From an uncultured Actinomycetes bacterium (GTDB lineage Bacteria > Actinomycetota > Thermoleophilia > UBA2241), in assembly GCA_963755025.1 (NCBI GenBank), contig CAVWIH010000031.1, forward strand, positions 1 to 64,000: DNA of 64,000 nucleotides, written 5' to 3'. The notes under the pieces were generated by a model. That model saw only the letters and a list, made by a program, of their open reading frames with translations, did not search any database and had not been told where the DNA came from. How positions within the stretch are numbered: the first letter of the stretch is position 1; each line of letters opens with the position of its first letter. Of the stretch, positions 42,309 through 52,472 are shown in pieces. The translations under genes and the position numbers were made by a program.

Positions 42309-42532
42309 AGGGGCGCTCCTTCGTAAAGCCGGGGCCGCTGGTGCGGCACGTCGCGCTCAACAGATACCCAGCGCGCGCTACTCCCAAGCCGCGCCCGCGA
42401 CGGCGCCGGCAGGCCCGTGTGCGGTCATGGCCGTCATCCGTCCGGCTCGGGCCTCGGCCTGCGCTCGGCTCTGATCGAGGACGCCCGCAGCGGCGGCGGC
42501 TGCGTGCAGCTACTGTCGCGAGCGGCTCGGGC

Positions 42533-42883
42533 TCAGGCGGCGCGATGCCCCTCGACGCGACAGTCGGTCTCCTGGCAGCGTTCTTCGAGGTAGCGGCGGT
42601 AGCTCTCGAGGTCGTGCCGCAGGTGTTCGCGCACCCGGGCGGGCCTCTCCTCTCCCCCGCCCGCGTCGTACTGCAGGTCGACGGTGATCGTGACCATGCG
42701 GTCCTGTGCGCGGGCGAACTTCACGGTGCCTTTTGCGACCGGGCTCTCGTCGACCCACCAGCGCGTGTCGGATTGGCTCCTGGGGCGTCCGGCCGACTGC
42801 GACCGGAACACGAACTCGCTCCACATGCGGTCCGCAAAGCGCGCCGGCACGTCGGCGTGTATCGACTCGCTGATCGTCTCCAT
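42533..42883 (-). CDS. Small hypothetical protein, SRPBCC/cyclase-like
   Basis: SD GGGAGGA. METISESIHADVP...GTVKF...DLESYRRYLE. Confidence 0.6.
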   Translation of the reverse strand: METISESIHADVPARFADRMWSEFVFRSQSAGRPRSQSDTRWWVDESPVAKGTVKFARAQDRMVTITVDLQYDAGGGEERPARVREHLRHDLESYRRYLEERCQETDCRVEGHRAA

Positions 42884-42918
42884 GAGGGTCTCCTCCCTGC
42901 AAGGTGCTTCACCACCAC

Positions 42919-42945
42919 TGTCCCTGAGGGCCTGCCGAATCAAAC
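42919..42945 (-). promoter_or_regulatory. SigB/SigF-family-like promoter
   Basis: GTTT-N17-GGGACA about 35 nt upstream of the ATG. Confidence 0.45.
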
Positions 42946-42962
42946 GTGGGTACCTACAGGGC

Positions 42963-43787
42963 ATGGCGACGAGCGAACCGCACGGCCGCGGCGGGCGCGA
43001 CATGCTCGACGAGGCTCACCGCATCATCGACGCGGCCCGCGCCGAAGGCGTCACCCTGCGCCTGGTCGGCGGCCTCGCGGTGCGCGAGCACTGCCGCGAA
43101 GCCGCCTTCTGCGAGCGCCCCTACCGCGACATCGACCTGGCGGTCGCCAGACGCGCGGCCAGGCCCGCCACCGCCCTGCTGCAACGCCTCGGCTGGACGG
43201 AGAACCGCCAGGTCGCCATGGCGGCCGCGGGCGCCAAGCGGCAGTTCTTTCGGGCCTGCCGGCACCACGACGGCGGCGGCCTCGCGCACGTCGACGACCG
43301 CATCGACCTGTACCTCGACGCCTTCCGCCTGCACCACACGATCGACCTGCGCCGCCGTCTGGAGATCGAGCCCTACACGGTCTCGACGAGCGACGTCGCG
43401 CTCGTCAAGCTGCAGCGCACGGCGGCCAACGACGACGACCTGCGCGACATCGTCACGGTGGTCAAGGACGCCGCCGCCCTCACCACCAGCGACCTGCCGG
43501 GCGCCCTCAACGTCGCCTACATCGCGCGCCTCTGCGCCGCCGACTGGGGTCTCTACCACGACGTCGCGCGCAACGTCGCGCGCTGCCGCGGCGCGCTCGA
43601 GGCGCTGGGCGCCGGCCCCGCGACCGCCCGCGTGGCCGCCCGGCTCGACGCCCTCGACGACGCCCTGGCCGCCGCGCCCAAGAGTCGCCGCTGGCGGCTG
43701 CGCGCCGCGCTCGGCGAGCGCGTGGCCTGGCACGAGCCGGTCGACGACGCCGAAGGCGTGTACTTCGCCCCCGGCGAGCACCCCTGA
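42963..43787 (+). CDS. Nucleotidyltransferase-fold protein
   Basis: LRLVGGLAV...RPYRDIDL...IDLYLD...KLQ...DWGLYHD...WRLRAALGERVAW. Confidence 0.75.
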   Translation: MATSEPHGRGGRDMLDEAHRIIDAARAEGVTLRLVGGLAVREHCREAAFCERPYRDIDLAVARRAARPATALLQRLGWTENRQVAMAAAGAKRQFFRACRHHDGGGLAHVDDRIDLYLDAFRLHHTIDLRRRLEIEPYTVSTSDVALVKLQRTAANDDDLRDIVTVVKDAAALTTSDLPGALNVAYIARLCAADWGLYHDVARNVARCRGALEALGAGPATARVAARLDALDDALAAAPKSRRWRLRAALGERVAWHEPVDDAEGVYFAPGEHP

Positions 43788-43850
43788 CCGGCGCGCCGCG
43801 CGGCAGCGCGGCGCGCGCGACTCTTGTAGTGTCTCTGGCAAGCGCCCGAC

Positions 43851-43900
43851 GGCGCCAGATGGCGCGAGGTGGCGCATGGCGGCACGAGGTGGCGCAAGGG
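43851..43900. repeat. 10-nt period degenerate repeat x5
   Basis: ggcgccagat ggcgcgaggt ggcgcatggc ggcacgaggt ggcgcaaggg. Confidence 0.6.
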
Positions 43901-43943
43901 CCACTCGGCGAGGGCGAACGAGGACGTGCGAGCGGAGGCGACC

Positions 43944-44423
43944 GTGACCCAGACGAACAAGATGCGCAAGGCCGACAAGGAGATCACCGACCGCGACGAG
44001 CTCCACCGCATTCTCGACGAGGCGCTCGTCGTGCACGTCGGCATGATCGACGACGGGCAGCCCTATGTGGTGCCGCTCAACTTCGCGCGCGCGGGCGACG
44101 ACTTGCTCGTGCATTGCGCCGCCGAGGGGCGCAAGCTGCGCTGCCTGCGCCACGACCCGCGCATCTGCGTCGAGGTCGCGCGCCTGATCGAGGTGGCGGG
44201 CGGCGCCGCCGCCTGCGGCTGGAGCTGCCGCTACGAGTCGGTGATCGGCTTCGGCACCGCCAGCGTGGTCGACGACGAGCGCGCGCGCTCGCAGGCCCTG
44301 CAGACGATCATGGCCAAGTACTCGGGACGCGCCGACTGGGAGTTCGCGGCCGCGACCATGGCCCGCACCGTGGTCGTGCGGCTGCGCCTCGACACCCTCA
44401 CCGGCAAGCACGCGCCCGTCTGA
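43944..44423 (+). CDS. Pyridoxamine 5'-phosphate oxidase-like / NimA family flavin-binding protein
   Basis: MRKADKEI, PYVVPLNF, HCAAEGRK, YESVIGFG, TGK. Confidence 0.85.
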   Translation: MTQTNKMRKADKEITDRDELHRILDEALVVHVGMIDDGQPYVVPLNFARAGDDLLVHCAAEGRKLRCLRHDPRICVEVARLIEVAGGAAACGWSCRYESVIGFGTASVVDDERARSQALQTIMAKYSGRADWEFAAATMARTVVVRLRLDTLTGKHAPV

Positions 44424-44632
44424 CGGCGGGCCACCCGGGACGCCGCTGTCGCCGGCGTCAGTTGCTCGCCGACAACCTCCTCGGTGGCAGCCTCTTCGAC
44501 GGGCAGGCGCAGGCACACCCAGCTGCCGAGCTGGCGCCGGCGCACTGTGAGCTGGCCGTCACACGGCGTACGCGCCGCACCGGCAACCACCTCTATGGCC
44601 AGGCCCCCGTCGCTTGTGTGCAAATCCACCTA

Positions 44633-44950
44633 CTAGGCGGCCTTCTTCGTCTCGTCAGATGCGCTCGTGTCGCGGACTTGAGCAGCCCCAGTCGACTCGG
44701 CGAGCGCCAGTGCCACTCGCTGGCGCCTGCGCAGGACGATCGCGACCAGCGCGAACTGCACGATCATGACCGCCACGATCGCCACGACGACACTGGCGAC
44801 ATTGACGCTGTTCCAGTTGCTCTTGAGCGCATACGGAAGTGGGAAGCTCGGTCCGGCGAACGCTCCGGACACACCGACGCCAAGCATCACCACGAATGCT
44901 GCAAACCCCGCCCCAAGAGCGACAAGGCTCCTGTGCAGTGCAGTTGCCAT
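44633..44950 (-). CDS. Small membrane protein (signal/TM + second TM)
   Basis: SD GAGG/GGAG before the ATG, two hydrophobic helices, RRRQR stop-transfer. Confidence 0.6.
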   Translation of the reverse strand: MATALHRSLVALGAGFAAFVVMLGVGVSGAFAGPSFPLPYALKSNWNSVNVASVVVAIVAVMIVQFALVAIVLRRRQRVALALAESTGAAQVRDTSASDETKKAA

Positions 44951-45038
44951 TGCTCCACCTCGTGAAGAGAGATCTTCTCCAGGGACACCGTCGACCGGCG
45001 CCTTCTCGCGCCGGTCCCGGTGCCCGGGCCTGCACTCA

Positions 45039-45066
45039 CATCCCTTGCGTCCCGCGGGGTTAAACC
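45039..45066 (-). promoter_or_regulatory. SigB/SigF-family-like promoter
   Basis: GGTTT-N17-GGGATG upstream of the 44950 gene. Confidence 0.4.
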
Positions 45067-45700
45067 TGCACTGACAGTTCACTGCACGGCGGCAGCCCTG
45101 ACGAGATCGCATTTCTTCGTCGGCGGCCAAATCAGTGACCTGCGATTCCTCGAGCGGAGCCGCGACACGCAGAGACGTCTGACTCGGGCTTTCCGGGCGG
45201 GATGCCGACGACCTGGCCGGATCGCGGTAGCTGAGCAACGGCTCGCACATGCCGGGTCTCCTGGAGACCACTCGAGCGCGTGCGCTGCTTGACGACGCGC
45301 CGAGAGAGGCTCACCGCCGCGATCGGCTGGACGGGCAGATGGCGCGCCACGGCGCGCGTGGCGGCCGTCCCGAGCCGACCGGAGGGGCACAGCGACTCAA
45401 CACCGGACGCATCCGGCGCCGCGGCTGATGTCCTTCGGGCGGCCGCCGAGCGGCGGGGGGCGCTCTCGGCGGCGGGCCTCGAGGACTCATCGTGGGCGCA
45501 TACACCCTCGGACTACGACAGACCGAGGCCCGATGGCCTCGCGCCGTCACCGGTGTCGAGGCGTTACTTTTGTCTCTCCTGTGGCGTTTGTGCGCCACAG
45601 GCCGCAGTCCACCCCCGAACACCGAGCTGGCCGCCGCAGCGACCTCGGACCGGCCCGGCGCTATCTAGTCGGGACTCTGGTGGCGTCGTCGAAACTCAGG

Positions 45701-47038
45701 CTAGCCGCGGCCGCCGACGACTTCGCCCGGCAACCCGAGTTCCATGCCCTGGCGCAGCAGCTCGTCCTGGACTAAGCCGACATCGAGAACGCGTGGCGGC
45801 AGACCGTCGCGCACGGCGAGCGCCGCGGCGGTGCCGGCGGCCTGACCCGTGGCGAAGCACACTGGGATCAGCCGCAGCTGGACCATGGCGTCGGCTTCGG
45901 CCGACAGGCAGCGTCCCGCGAACAGTAAGCCATCGACGTCGCGCGGCACGAGCGAGCGGTACGGTATGCGCATGTTGCGGCGCGCGTAGGGCTTGGCCAC
46001 GGTGTCGGGGAACGACGTCGCGAACACCTCTTTAAGGCCCGGTGACGCAAGGCCCGTGATCCGCCGCGTGCCGCGCACGCCGACCTGGGCGGCCGTCAAC
46101 TCGAGGCGCGCTGTCTGAAAACCGTCGAGACTCTGCCTGAGAAAGGTGACCAGCTTCATGGTGTGCTGCCGGGTCACGATCTCGGCCCTCGTGAGATCGT
46201 CGGGATCGATGCCGTCGACCCCGAACATGCTGCCCGACCACAGGTTGATCTGCCCCGGATAGCACAGCTCGGCGGCGAACACGCCGGGCGCCCACTCCTT
46301 GGAGTGCACCTCGAGGTCGAACTCGAGGTCGCCGGCGGTGATCGCCTCTTCGACGAGCGCGCGCAGGCGGCCCCAGTTGCCGAGTTGCGCGAGCGCGCGC
46401 CCGGTGTCGACGCCGACGACGGTCGACATGAGGGTGACGGGCAGCGGCCGGCGATCGGTCTCGAAGGCCGCCCCGGCCGCGGCGGCAAGGTCGCCGTCGC
46501 CCGTGGTGTCGATCACGACGCCGGCGCGGATCGCCGCGCGGCCGGCCTTGCTCTCGACGATCACGCCGGTCACTCGTCCGTCGTCGGTCAGGCTGCCGAC
46601 CACGGCGGTGTGCAGCAGCAGCCGCGCGCCGGAGTCGAGCAGCAGCGTGAGCAGCTCGAACTTGAGAATCTCAGGATCGACGGCGATCAGGCCGTCGACC
46701 GAAGGTTCGTCGCCCGAGTTGGCGCACTCCTGATAGGTGCGCGCCTCTTCGAGGCGCAGGCGCACCTCGCCGTTGAAGCCGTTGTCGAGCGGCGGCACCG
46801 TGATCACGAGGCCGCCGGTGGCGAGGCCGCCGAGATAGCCGTAGCGTTCGAGCAAGATGACGCTCGCGCCGCAGCGGGCGGCGCAGGCGGCGGCGGCCAC
46901 GCCGGCGACGCCGCCGCCGCACACGACCACGTCGAACTCGCCGTAGACGGGCAGCGTGCGCGCGTCTTCGGTCACCTGGTCCGCGGGGCGGCCGCTCTGG
47001 GCGGCCCCGCCCGCGTCGCTCCCGTAGTGGCCGCTCAT
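45701..47038 (-). CDS. FAD-dependent oxidoreductase (FAD_oxidored type)
   Basis: DVVVCGGGVAG, ERYGYLGGLAT, IDTTGDGD, IPYRSLVP, AGRCLSA, TGQAAGTAAAL. ATGA overlap with the upstream gene. Confidence 0.9.
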   Translation of the reverse strand: MSGHYGSDAGGAAQSGRPADQVTEDARTLPVYGEFDVVVCGGGVAGVAAAACAARCGASVILLERYGYLGGLATGGLVITVPPLDNGFNGEVRLRLEEARTYQECANSGDEPSVDGLIAVDPEILKFELLTLLLDSGARLLLHTAVVGSLTDDGRVTGVIVESKAGRAAIRAGVVIDTTGDGDLAAAAGAAFETDRRPLPVTLMSTVVGVDTGRALAQLGNWGRLRALVEEAITAGDLEFDLEVHSKEWAPGVFAAELCYPGQINLWSGSMFGVDGIDPDDLTRAEIVTRQHTMKLVTFLRQSLDGFQTARLELTAAQVGVRGTRRITGLASPGLKEVFATSFPDTVAKPYARRNMRIPYRSLVPRDVDGLLFAGRCLSAEADAMVQLRLIPVCFATGQAAGTAAALAVRDGLPPRVLDVGLVQDELLRQGMELGLPGEVVGGRG

Positions 47039-48468
47039 GCCTGGGCTCCGGCCTCTTTGACCGCCTGCTTGAGCGCGGCGTAGCCGGGCAGGTCGCGGTA
47101 GAACTGGTCGGTCGTGTAGCAGCCCGAGACCGTGCCGAAGCCCGGGGAGACATCGCACCAGCTGCAGGCGTTGCAGAGGCGCTTGGCCTGCAGCGGCCGG
47201 CCGGCGATCACGTCGGCCACGATGTCGGGGTAGCTCAGGGCCATGCGGCCGATGCCGATGGTGTCGGCCCAGCCCTGGGTGACGACGGCCTGGGCGACGT
47301 TGGGCAGCCAGCGCTGCAGGTAGGAGTAGCCGCTGCCCACGTGAATGAAGCCGGGGCGCGCCTTCTTTAACGAAGCGACCGCCGCGATCAGGCGCACGAC
47401 GCCCAGCAGCGGGTCTTCGGGCGGACGGTGCGGCGCCACGGGCAGCGAGACGTAGGGCTCCATGACGTGCGAGTTGTACTCGGCGCCGGCCGACACCGAG
47501 ACGAGCCTGATGTCGAGCTCGGCGAGCAGGTCGAGAAAGGCCAGCGGCTCGGAGAGGTCGGTGCCCATGCCGGTGGCGTCGCCGCCGAAGGCGTAGTAGT
47601 AGCCGCCGCGGCCGACCGGCGCCGGCACGGGCCGGTCGTCGTCGCCGTCGACGAAGGGCACGAAATCGACGGCGCTGAAGCGCACCGCGATCTCGAGGCC
47701 GGGGGCCTCGGCGCGGATGCCGGCCACGATCTCGCGCAGGAACCTGGTGCGGTTCTCGAAGCTGCCGCCGTACTTGCCGGGGCGATCGACGGCGCTCAGG
47801 AACTCGTGGCCCAGGTAGCCGTGGCAATGTTTGATGTCGACGAAGTCGAAGCCGGCCCGCTGCGCGAGTTTGGCCGCCCGCACGAAGTCGGCGATGACGC
47901 GCTCGATCTCGCCGTCGCTCATGATGGCGTCGTCGCCGGTGGCGTCGTAGCGCTCGTCGAGCAGCGGGTGATGGTACAGGGTGCGCGGCTCGGGGCGGCT
48001 CATGTCGTGGGGGTGCGAGACGCGCCCGGAGTGCGTGAGCTGCACGCCGACGTAGAGGTCGTCGACCGTGTCGAAATGGGCGGCGTGGGTGGCCACCAGG
48101 TGCTCGCGCAACCCGGCGATGTCGGCCAGGGTCTCCTCGAGCATAATCAGCTGGCTCGGGCTGCCCCTGCCCTCGGGGCACACGGCGATCGCCTCGGCGC
48201 CGAAGATGAGCTTGGCGCCACTCAGGCCCCAGCGCTCCCAGCGGCGTCGCGTGAGGTCGGTGGGACGGCCGTCGGAGGTGCAGTCCCAGCCCTCCATCGG
48301 CAGGATGGCGAAGCGGTTGCCGATCGTGCGCCCGTGCAGGTCGAGCGGCTGGGCGAGCGGAGACTGAGGGCCCGACTGCACCGTGTCGTCGAACGGCAGT
48401 TCGACGTCGAGCGACTCAAAATAGCGCAGCAACGACGCTGCATCGTCTATGCGACCAATGTTGCGCAT
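47035..48468 (-). CDS. NADH:flavin oxidoreductase (old yellow enzyme family)
   Basis: NRFAILPMEG, QLTHSGR, AGFDFVDIKHCHGYL, YGGSFENRTRF, CNACSWC. Confidence 0.9.
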   Translation of the reverse strand: MRNIGRIDDAASLLRYFESLDVELPFDDTVQSGPQSPLAQPLDLHGRTIGNRFAILPMEGWDCTSDGRPTDLTRRRWERWGLSGAKLIFGAEAIAVCPEGRGSPSQLIMLEETLADIAGLREHLVATHAAHFDTVDDLYVGVQLTHSGRVSHPHDMSRPEPRTLYHHPLLDERYDATGDDAIMSDGEIERVIADFVRAAKLAQRAGFDFVDIKHCHGYLGHEFLSAVDRPGKYGGSFENRTRFLREIVAGIRAEAPGLEIAVRFSAVDFVPFVDGDDDRPVPAPVGRGGYYYAFGGDATGMGTDLSEPLAFLDLLAELDIRLVSVSAGAEYNSHVMEPYVSLPVAPHRPPEDPLLGVVRLIAAVASLKKARPGFIHVGSGYSYLQRWLPNVAQAVVTQGWADTIGIGRMALSYPDIVADVIAGRPLQAKRLCNACSWCDVSPGFGTVSGCYTTDQFYRDLPGYAALKQAVKEAGAQA

Positions 48469-48587
48469 GGTGTCTCTTTCAGTCCTTCCCTGGGGCGGTA
48501 CAGGCCGTGTTCGCGGCCTGCGGCGGCGAGGGCGGAGCCGTTTCGCTGCCGCCCTCGCCGCCTATTGTCTGCTTTCTTCGTGCTCTT

Positions 48588-50069
48588 TTACTCGTCGGCG
48601 ACGAGCGCCCCGACCTTGTCGCCGAGAGTCTTGTCGCGAGAGTTGAGGATGAGCGCGTAGATCAGCGCCACCACGATCATTGCCAGAGCGACGTAGGGGA
48701 ACCAGTTGTACGGCCAAGGCTGGCCGGGCTTGACCAGCTGATACAGCGGGAACACGATCGCTGCCGTGCCGACGACCGGCAGGATGAGGTCTCTCACGAG
48801 GCTGAACTGGCTGCGGTAGTGCTTCAGGTAGAAGACCGGCAGCGACAGGTTGGCCACTGCGTAGACGATGATGACGAGGATCGTGCCGAGCGTCGACGGT
48901 TCGGCGAACAGCACGATCGGCGTGATGTGCTGGGCCCAGGCCCAGCCAAAGCAGCCGACCAGACCGATGATCATGAAGACCGCCAGCGCGTTGACCGGCG
49001 TTCCGTTCTTGGCCGAAACCTTGCCCAACCACTTCGGGAACAGGCCCTCGCGACCGGAGTTGAACATGAGACGCGCCTGCGAGTTCACGGCGGAGATCAG
49101 GCAGCCGACCGTCGAGGTCACACCGGCGATGTAGGCGAGGAACGCGAGGAAGGCGAGCTCCTTCTGCGCCACCGCGATGAACGGGATCGGTGCGGCCGTG
49201 AGCTTGGTCACGTTCTGACCAAACGCCTCGACCGTGGCGTAGGCGAACAGCACGAAGCTGCCGAGCATGAGCGCCACGCTCAAAAACAGGGCCCGCGGGA
49301 TGTTCTTGCGGGGCTGGTCGGTCTCTTCAGCCATCGGTCCGGCTGCCTCCCAGCCGATGAACATGTAGACGGCCAGCGGGAAGCCCAGGCCCAGTCCCTT
49401 GAAGCCGCTCAGCAGGTAGTGCGGGTTGAACGGAGCCAGCGACAGATGGCCGGCGTGCTGGATGAGCGCGATGATGCTGACAAGCATCAGGATGATGAAC
49501 TCAAAGAGGAAGAAAGCGCCGGCCCAACGCACCGATACGTGGACTCCCCGGATCACGAGGAAGGCAGCCCCGCCGACGAACGCGAGAGTGAAGATCGGCC
49601 ACGTCCAAGATGGGAACGAATGGAAGTAGTTCTGCAGGAACATGGTCATGAAACCGCCGGAGATGGCCATGATCGAGAAGATGTTCACCAGGTATCCGCC
49701 GATCAGGACAATGGCGGTGGTGAGGGCCAGGACGGGCCCAAGGGCCATGCCGATGAAGGTGATGAACGACCCCGTCGACGGGTGTGCCTGCATGTAGCGC
49801 GACAAGGTGTTCGCCAGGAAGGCGACGGCGATGCCGGCCGAGATGATGGTGAGCGGCGAGGCTATGCCCGAGGTGGCTGCCAGAAATCCAAAGCCGAAGT
49901 AGAAGCTCATCGCCGGCGCGATGTCGGCCATGGTCGATGCGGCCACCTCGAACGGACCGAGAACGCCTCGCTTGAGGCGGTTCGATTGATCGGCCGGAGC
50001 GGCCGCGGTCTTGATGGGAACTACCGGTGGTGGCGCTTGCACAACGCCGCTTGAGTCGTCGGAAGCCAT
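48588..50069 (-). CDS. APC family amino acid/polyamine permease
   Basis: 12 TM segments, IAPAMS, FIGWEAAGPMAEE, ARLMFNSGREG. Confidence 0.9.
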   Translation of the reverse strand: MASDDSSGVVQAPPPVVPIKTAAAPADQSNRLKRGVLGPFEVAASTMADIAPAMSFYFGFGFLAATSGIASPLTIISAGIAVAFLANTLSRYMQAHPSTGSFITFIGMALGPVLALTTAIVLIGGYLVNIFSIMAISGGFMTMFLQNYFHSFPSWTWPIFTLAFVGGAAFLVIRGVHVSVRWAGAFFLFEFIILMLVSIIALIQHAGHLSLAPFNPHYLLSGFKGLGLGFPLAVYMFIGWEAAGPMAEETDQPRKNIPRALFLSVALMLGSFVLFAYATVEAFGQNVTKLTAAPIPFIAVAQKELAFLAFLAYIAGVTSTVGCLISAVNSQARLMFNSGREGLFPKWLGKVSAKNGTPVNALAVFMIIGLVGCFGWAWAQHITPIVLFAEPSTLGTILVIIVYAVANLSLPVFYLKHYRSQFSLVRDLILPVVGTAAIVFPLYQLVKPGQPWPYNWFPYVALAMIVVALIYALILNSRDKTLGDKVGALVADE

Positions 50070-50145
50070 GTCCTCTCCCCCTTGCCTTCAGGTCTGTGTC
50101 AGCGGGTGCGTGAAGTCGACTGAGGTGGCCTGAGCCGGCCGGCGG

Positions 50146-51507
50146 TCACCCCCTTGCCGTCGGGACCGGTGGCGTGATGGCGGCCACCAGAGGCTTGAGT
50201 ATGTCGACGATGCGGTCGGCCTCTTCGATCGTGGTCGTGCACGGCGGCGCGATCACGATGCGGTTAGAGCCCATCTGGCGCAGGTGCAGGCCCAGGCGGC
50301 GGGCCTCGTCGAGCAGCGGCATGATCGGGCCGACCGGCGGGTCGAACATGGCCCTGGTCTGCTTGTCGGCGACGATCTCGATGGCGAGCATGACGCCGAG
50401 GCCGCTGTAGGTGCCCACGCAGGGCATGGGCATGAACTCGTCGACGATGCGGTCGACGATGTGCTGGCCCACCCTGGTGGCGTTCTCGGCGACCTTGTCG
50501 TTCACGTAGACGTCGATCGCCGCGATGGCGGCGGCGCAGCCCGCCGGAGAGCCGCTGAAGGTGTACTGGTGCATGAGCGGCACGCCCGCGAGGCCGTCCC
50601 AGATCTTGTCGTTGAAGGCCACGGCGCCGAACGGCACGTAGCCGCCGGTGATGCCCTTCGACATGCAAAGCACGTCGGGCACGACGTTCCAGTGGTCGAT
50701 GCAGAACATGGTGCCAGTGCGGCAGAAGCCGCACATGACCTCGTCAGCAATCATGGCGACGTCGTATTTGGTGCAGATCTCGCGGATCAGCGGCCAGTAG
50801 GTCTCGGGCGGCACGAGGAAGCCCGAGGCGCCCAGTTCGGGCTCGGCGATGAAGGCCGCCACGTTCTCGGGACCCTCGGACTCGATGACGGTCTCGAGGT
50901 AGCGCGCGCAGCGCGTGTCGCACGACGGGTACTCAAGGCCGAACGGGCAGCGGTAGCAGTAGTAAGCGGGGATCTTGAGGTAGCCCGGCGCTTCGGGGCC
51001 GTAGCCGGCCTGCATGGCCGGGATGCCGGTCATGTTCATGGGCCCGTTGCCCGTGCCGTGATAGCTCATGTAGAGGCTGATCACCTTGCGCTTGGTGGGC
51101 TGCTCCTGGGCGGTGAAGTAGCGCCGTACCAGCCTGATGGCGGCGTCGGTCGACTCGCCGCCGCCCGAGGTGAACCAGAAGTGGTCGAGATCGCCGGGCG
51201 TGACGGTGGCGAGCTTCTGGGCGCACTCGACCATGGGCGTGCTGGAGTGGCCGTAATACTGGCCGACGTGCTGCAACTGGTCGAGCTGGGCCTTGACGGC
51301 GTCGATGATCTCGCGCCGGCCGTGGCCGAGGTTGGCGCTCACCATCTGCGACGACGCGTCGAGGTACTCCTTGCCCTCGGTGTCGCGCAGCACTATGCCG
51401 TCGGCGGAGTCGTAGATCACACCGAGCGTCTCGCCCAGGGGGATCTGGGCGTGCAGGATGTGCTCGCGGTCGTACTTGACGAGCTCTTCGGTACGCGCAC
51501 TTGCCAT
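50146..51507 (-). CDS. Class III (omega-amine) aminotransferase
   Basis: SGGGES, SYHG, AAFIAEP, IADEVMCGFCRTG, SKGITGGY. Confidence 0.93.
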   Translation of the reverse strand: MASARTEELVKYDREHILHAQIPLGETLGVIYDSADGIVLRDTEGKEYLDASSQMVSANLGHGRREIIDAVKAQLDQLQHVGQYYGHSSTPMVECAQKLATVTPGDLDHFWFTSGGGESTDAAIRLVRRYFTAQEQPTKRKVISLYMSYHGTGNGPMNMTGIPAMQAGYGPEAPGYLKIPAYYCYRCPFGLEYPSCDTRCARYLETVIESEGPENVAAFIAEPELGASGFLVPPETYWPLIREICTKYDVAMIADEVMCGFCRTGTMFCIDHWNVVPDVLCMSKGITGGYVPFGAVAFNDKIWDGLAGVPLMHQYTFSGSPAGCAAAIAAIDVYVNDKVAENATRVGQHIVDRIVDEFMPMPCVGTYSGLGVMLAIEIVADKQTRAMFDPPVGPIMPLLDEARRLGLHLRQMGSNRIVIAPPCTTTIEEADRIVDILKPLVAAITPPVPTARG

Positions 51508-51576
51508 CGTATCTGCGACCCATCCTTTCGAGCGATCCCTTGCCGGACCGTGAGGCGCGGCGTCTCGTGGATCCTC

Positions 51577-51626
51577 ACGTAAAACGATTTATACGGATAT
51601 AAAACGATTTCTCTGGGGGCTGTCAA
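51577..51626 (-). promoter_or_regulatory. Tandem LacI-type operators overlapping a promoter with TTGACA -35
   Basis: TAAAACGATTT at 51580 and 51600 (20-nt period). TTGACA on the minus strand at 51626..51621. Confidence 0.7.
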
Positions 51627-51639
51627 GCCACCCTGTTGC

Positions 51640-52380
51640 TTAGGAGGAGTAGTCCTGCTCGAGCGGCAGGATCTGGATCTGCGTGGTATTGACCACCCGA
51701 GGCTGGACCAGCGCGTAGGCGACCGCGTAGGCGATGTGCTCGGGCGAGAGCGCCTGGATCTTGTCGAGGTCGGCCTTGCCCTCGGGCAGGCTGTGGATCA
51801 TGGGCGTGTCGACCAGACCGGGTTCGATCTGCGTGACCCGCACGCCGTAGGCCAGGGCCTCTTTGCGCAGCGCGCCGGCCATGCCGGCGATGGCCCACTT
51901 GCTGGCGATGTACATGGGCTCGCCGACGTAGGTGACGCGTCCCGAGATCGAGGCCATGACGACGATGTGGCCGTCGTTCTGGGCCCGCATGTAGGGCAGC
52001 GTGGCGCGGATGATGTAGGCCGTGCCCAGCACGTTGGTCTCGATCATGCGCTGCCAGTCGGCCGGGTCGGCGTCGCACATGTTGCCTTCGATGTCGATGC
52101 CGGCGTTGGGCACGACGAAGTCGATCTTGCCGTAGGCGTCGACACAGGTCTTGGTCAGCCGCTCCATGTCGTCGAAGCGCCGCACGTCGCCGGCAAAGCC
52201 GACCGCGGTGCCGCCGGCCGCCTCGATCCTGGCGACCACGCGATCGAGGTCGGCCTGCGTACGGGCGCAGCAGACGAGCTTTGCGCCGAGGCCGGCGAGC
52301 TCGACAGCCACCGCCTCGCCGATACCCTTGCCGGCGCCGGTGACCACCCCGGCCCGGCCGCTCAGATCGAACTCGAGCAT
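51640..52380 (-). CDS. Short-chain dehydrogenase/reductase
   Basis: TGAGKGIG, NAG, YIASK, PGLVDT. Confidence 0.92.
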   Translation of the reverse strand: MLEFDLSGRAGVVTGAGKGIGEAVAVELAGLGAKLVCCARTQADLDRVVARIEAAGGTAVGFAGDVRRFDDMERLTKTCVDAYGKIDFVVPNAGIDIEGNMCDADPADWQRMIETNVLGTAYIIRATLPYMRAQNDGHIVVMASISGRVTYVGEPMYIASKWAIAGMAGALRKEALAYGVRVTQIEPGLVDTPMIHSLPEGKADLDKIQALSPEHIAYAVAYALVQPRVVNTTQIQILPLEQDYSS

Positions 52381-52472
52381 CTTCCCCTCACTTTCGTTGC
52401 CCCATAGTCGAACAGCAGTGCGGCACGTTGTCGCGGCGGGCGGCCGCTGGCGGCCGCCCGCCGTCTCGTTGG

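Noticed and set aside
45020-45100. Second cyclic-dinucleotide riboswitch (GGGACGCAA and GGGGTTAA fragments)
   Set aside because: Lacks the GGCAAAC P2/tetraloop and 3' GGTTGCC elements of GEMM-I and the ydaO core. Better explained as a promoter.
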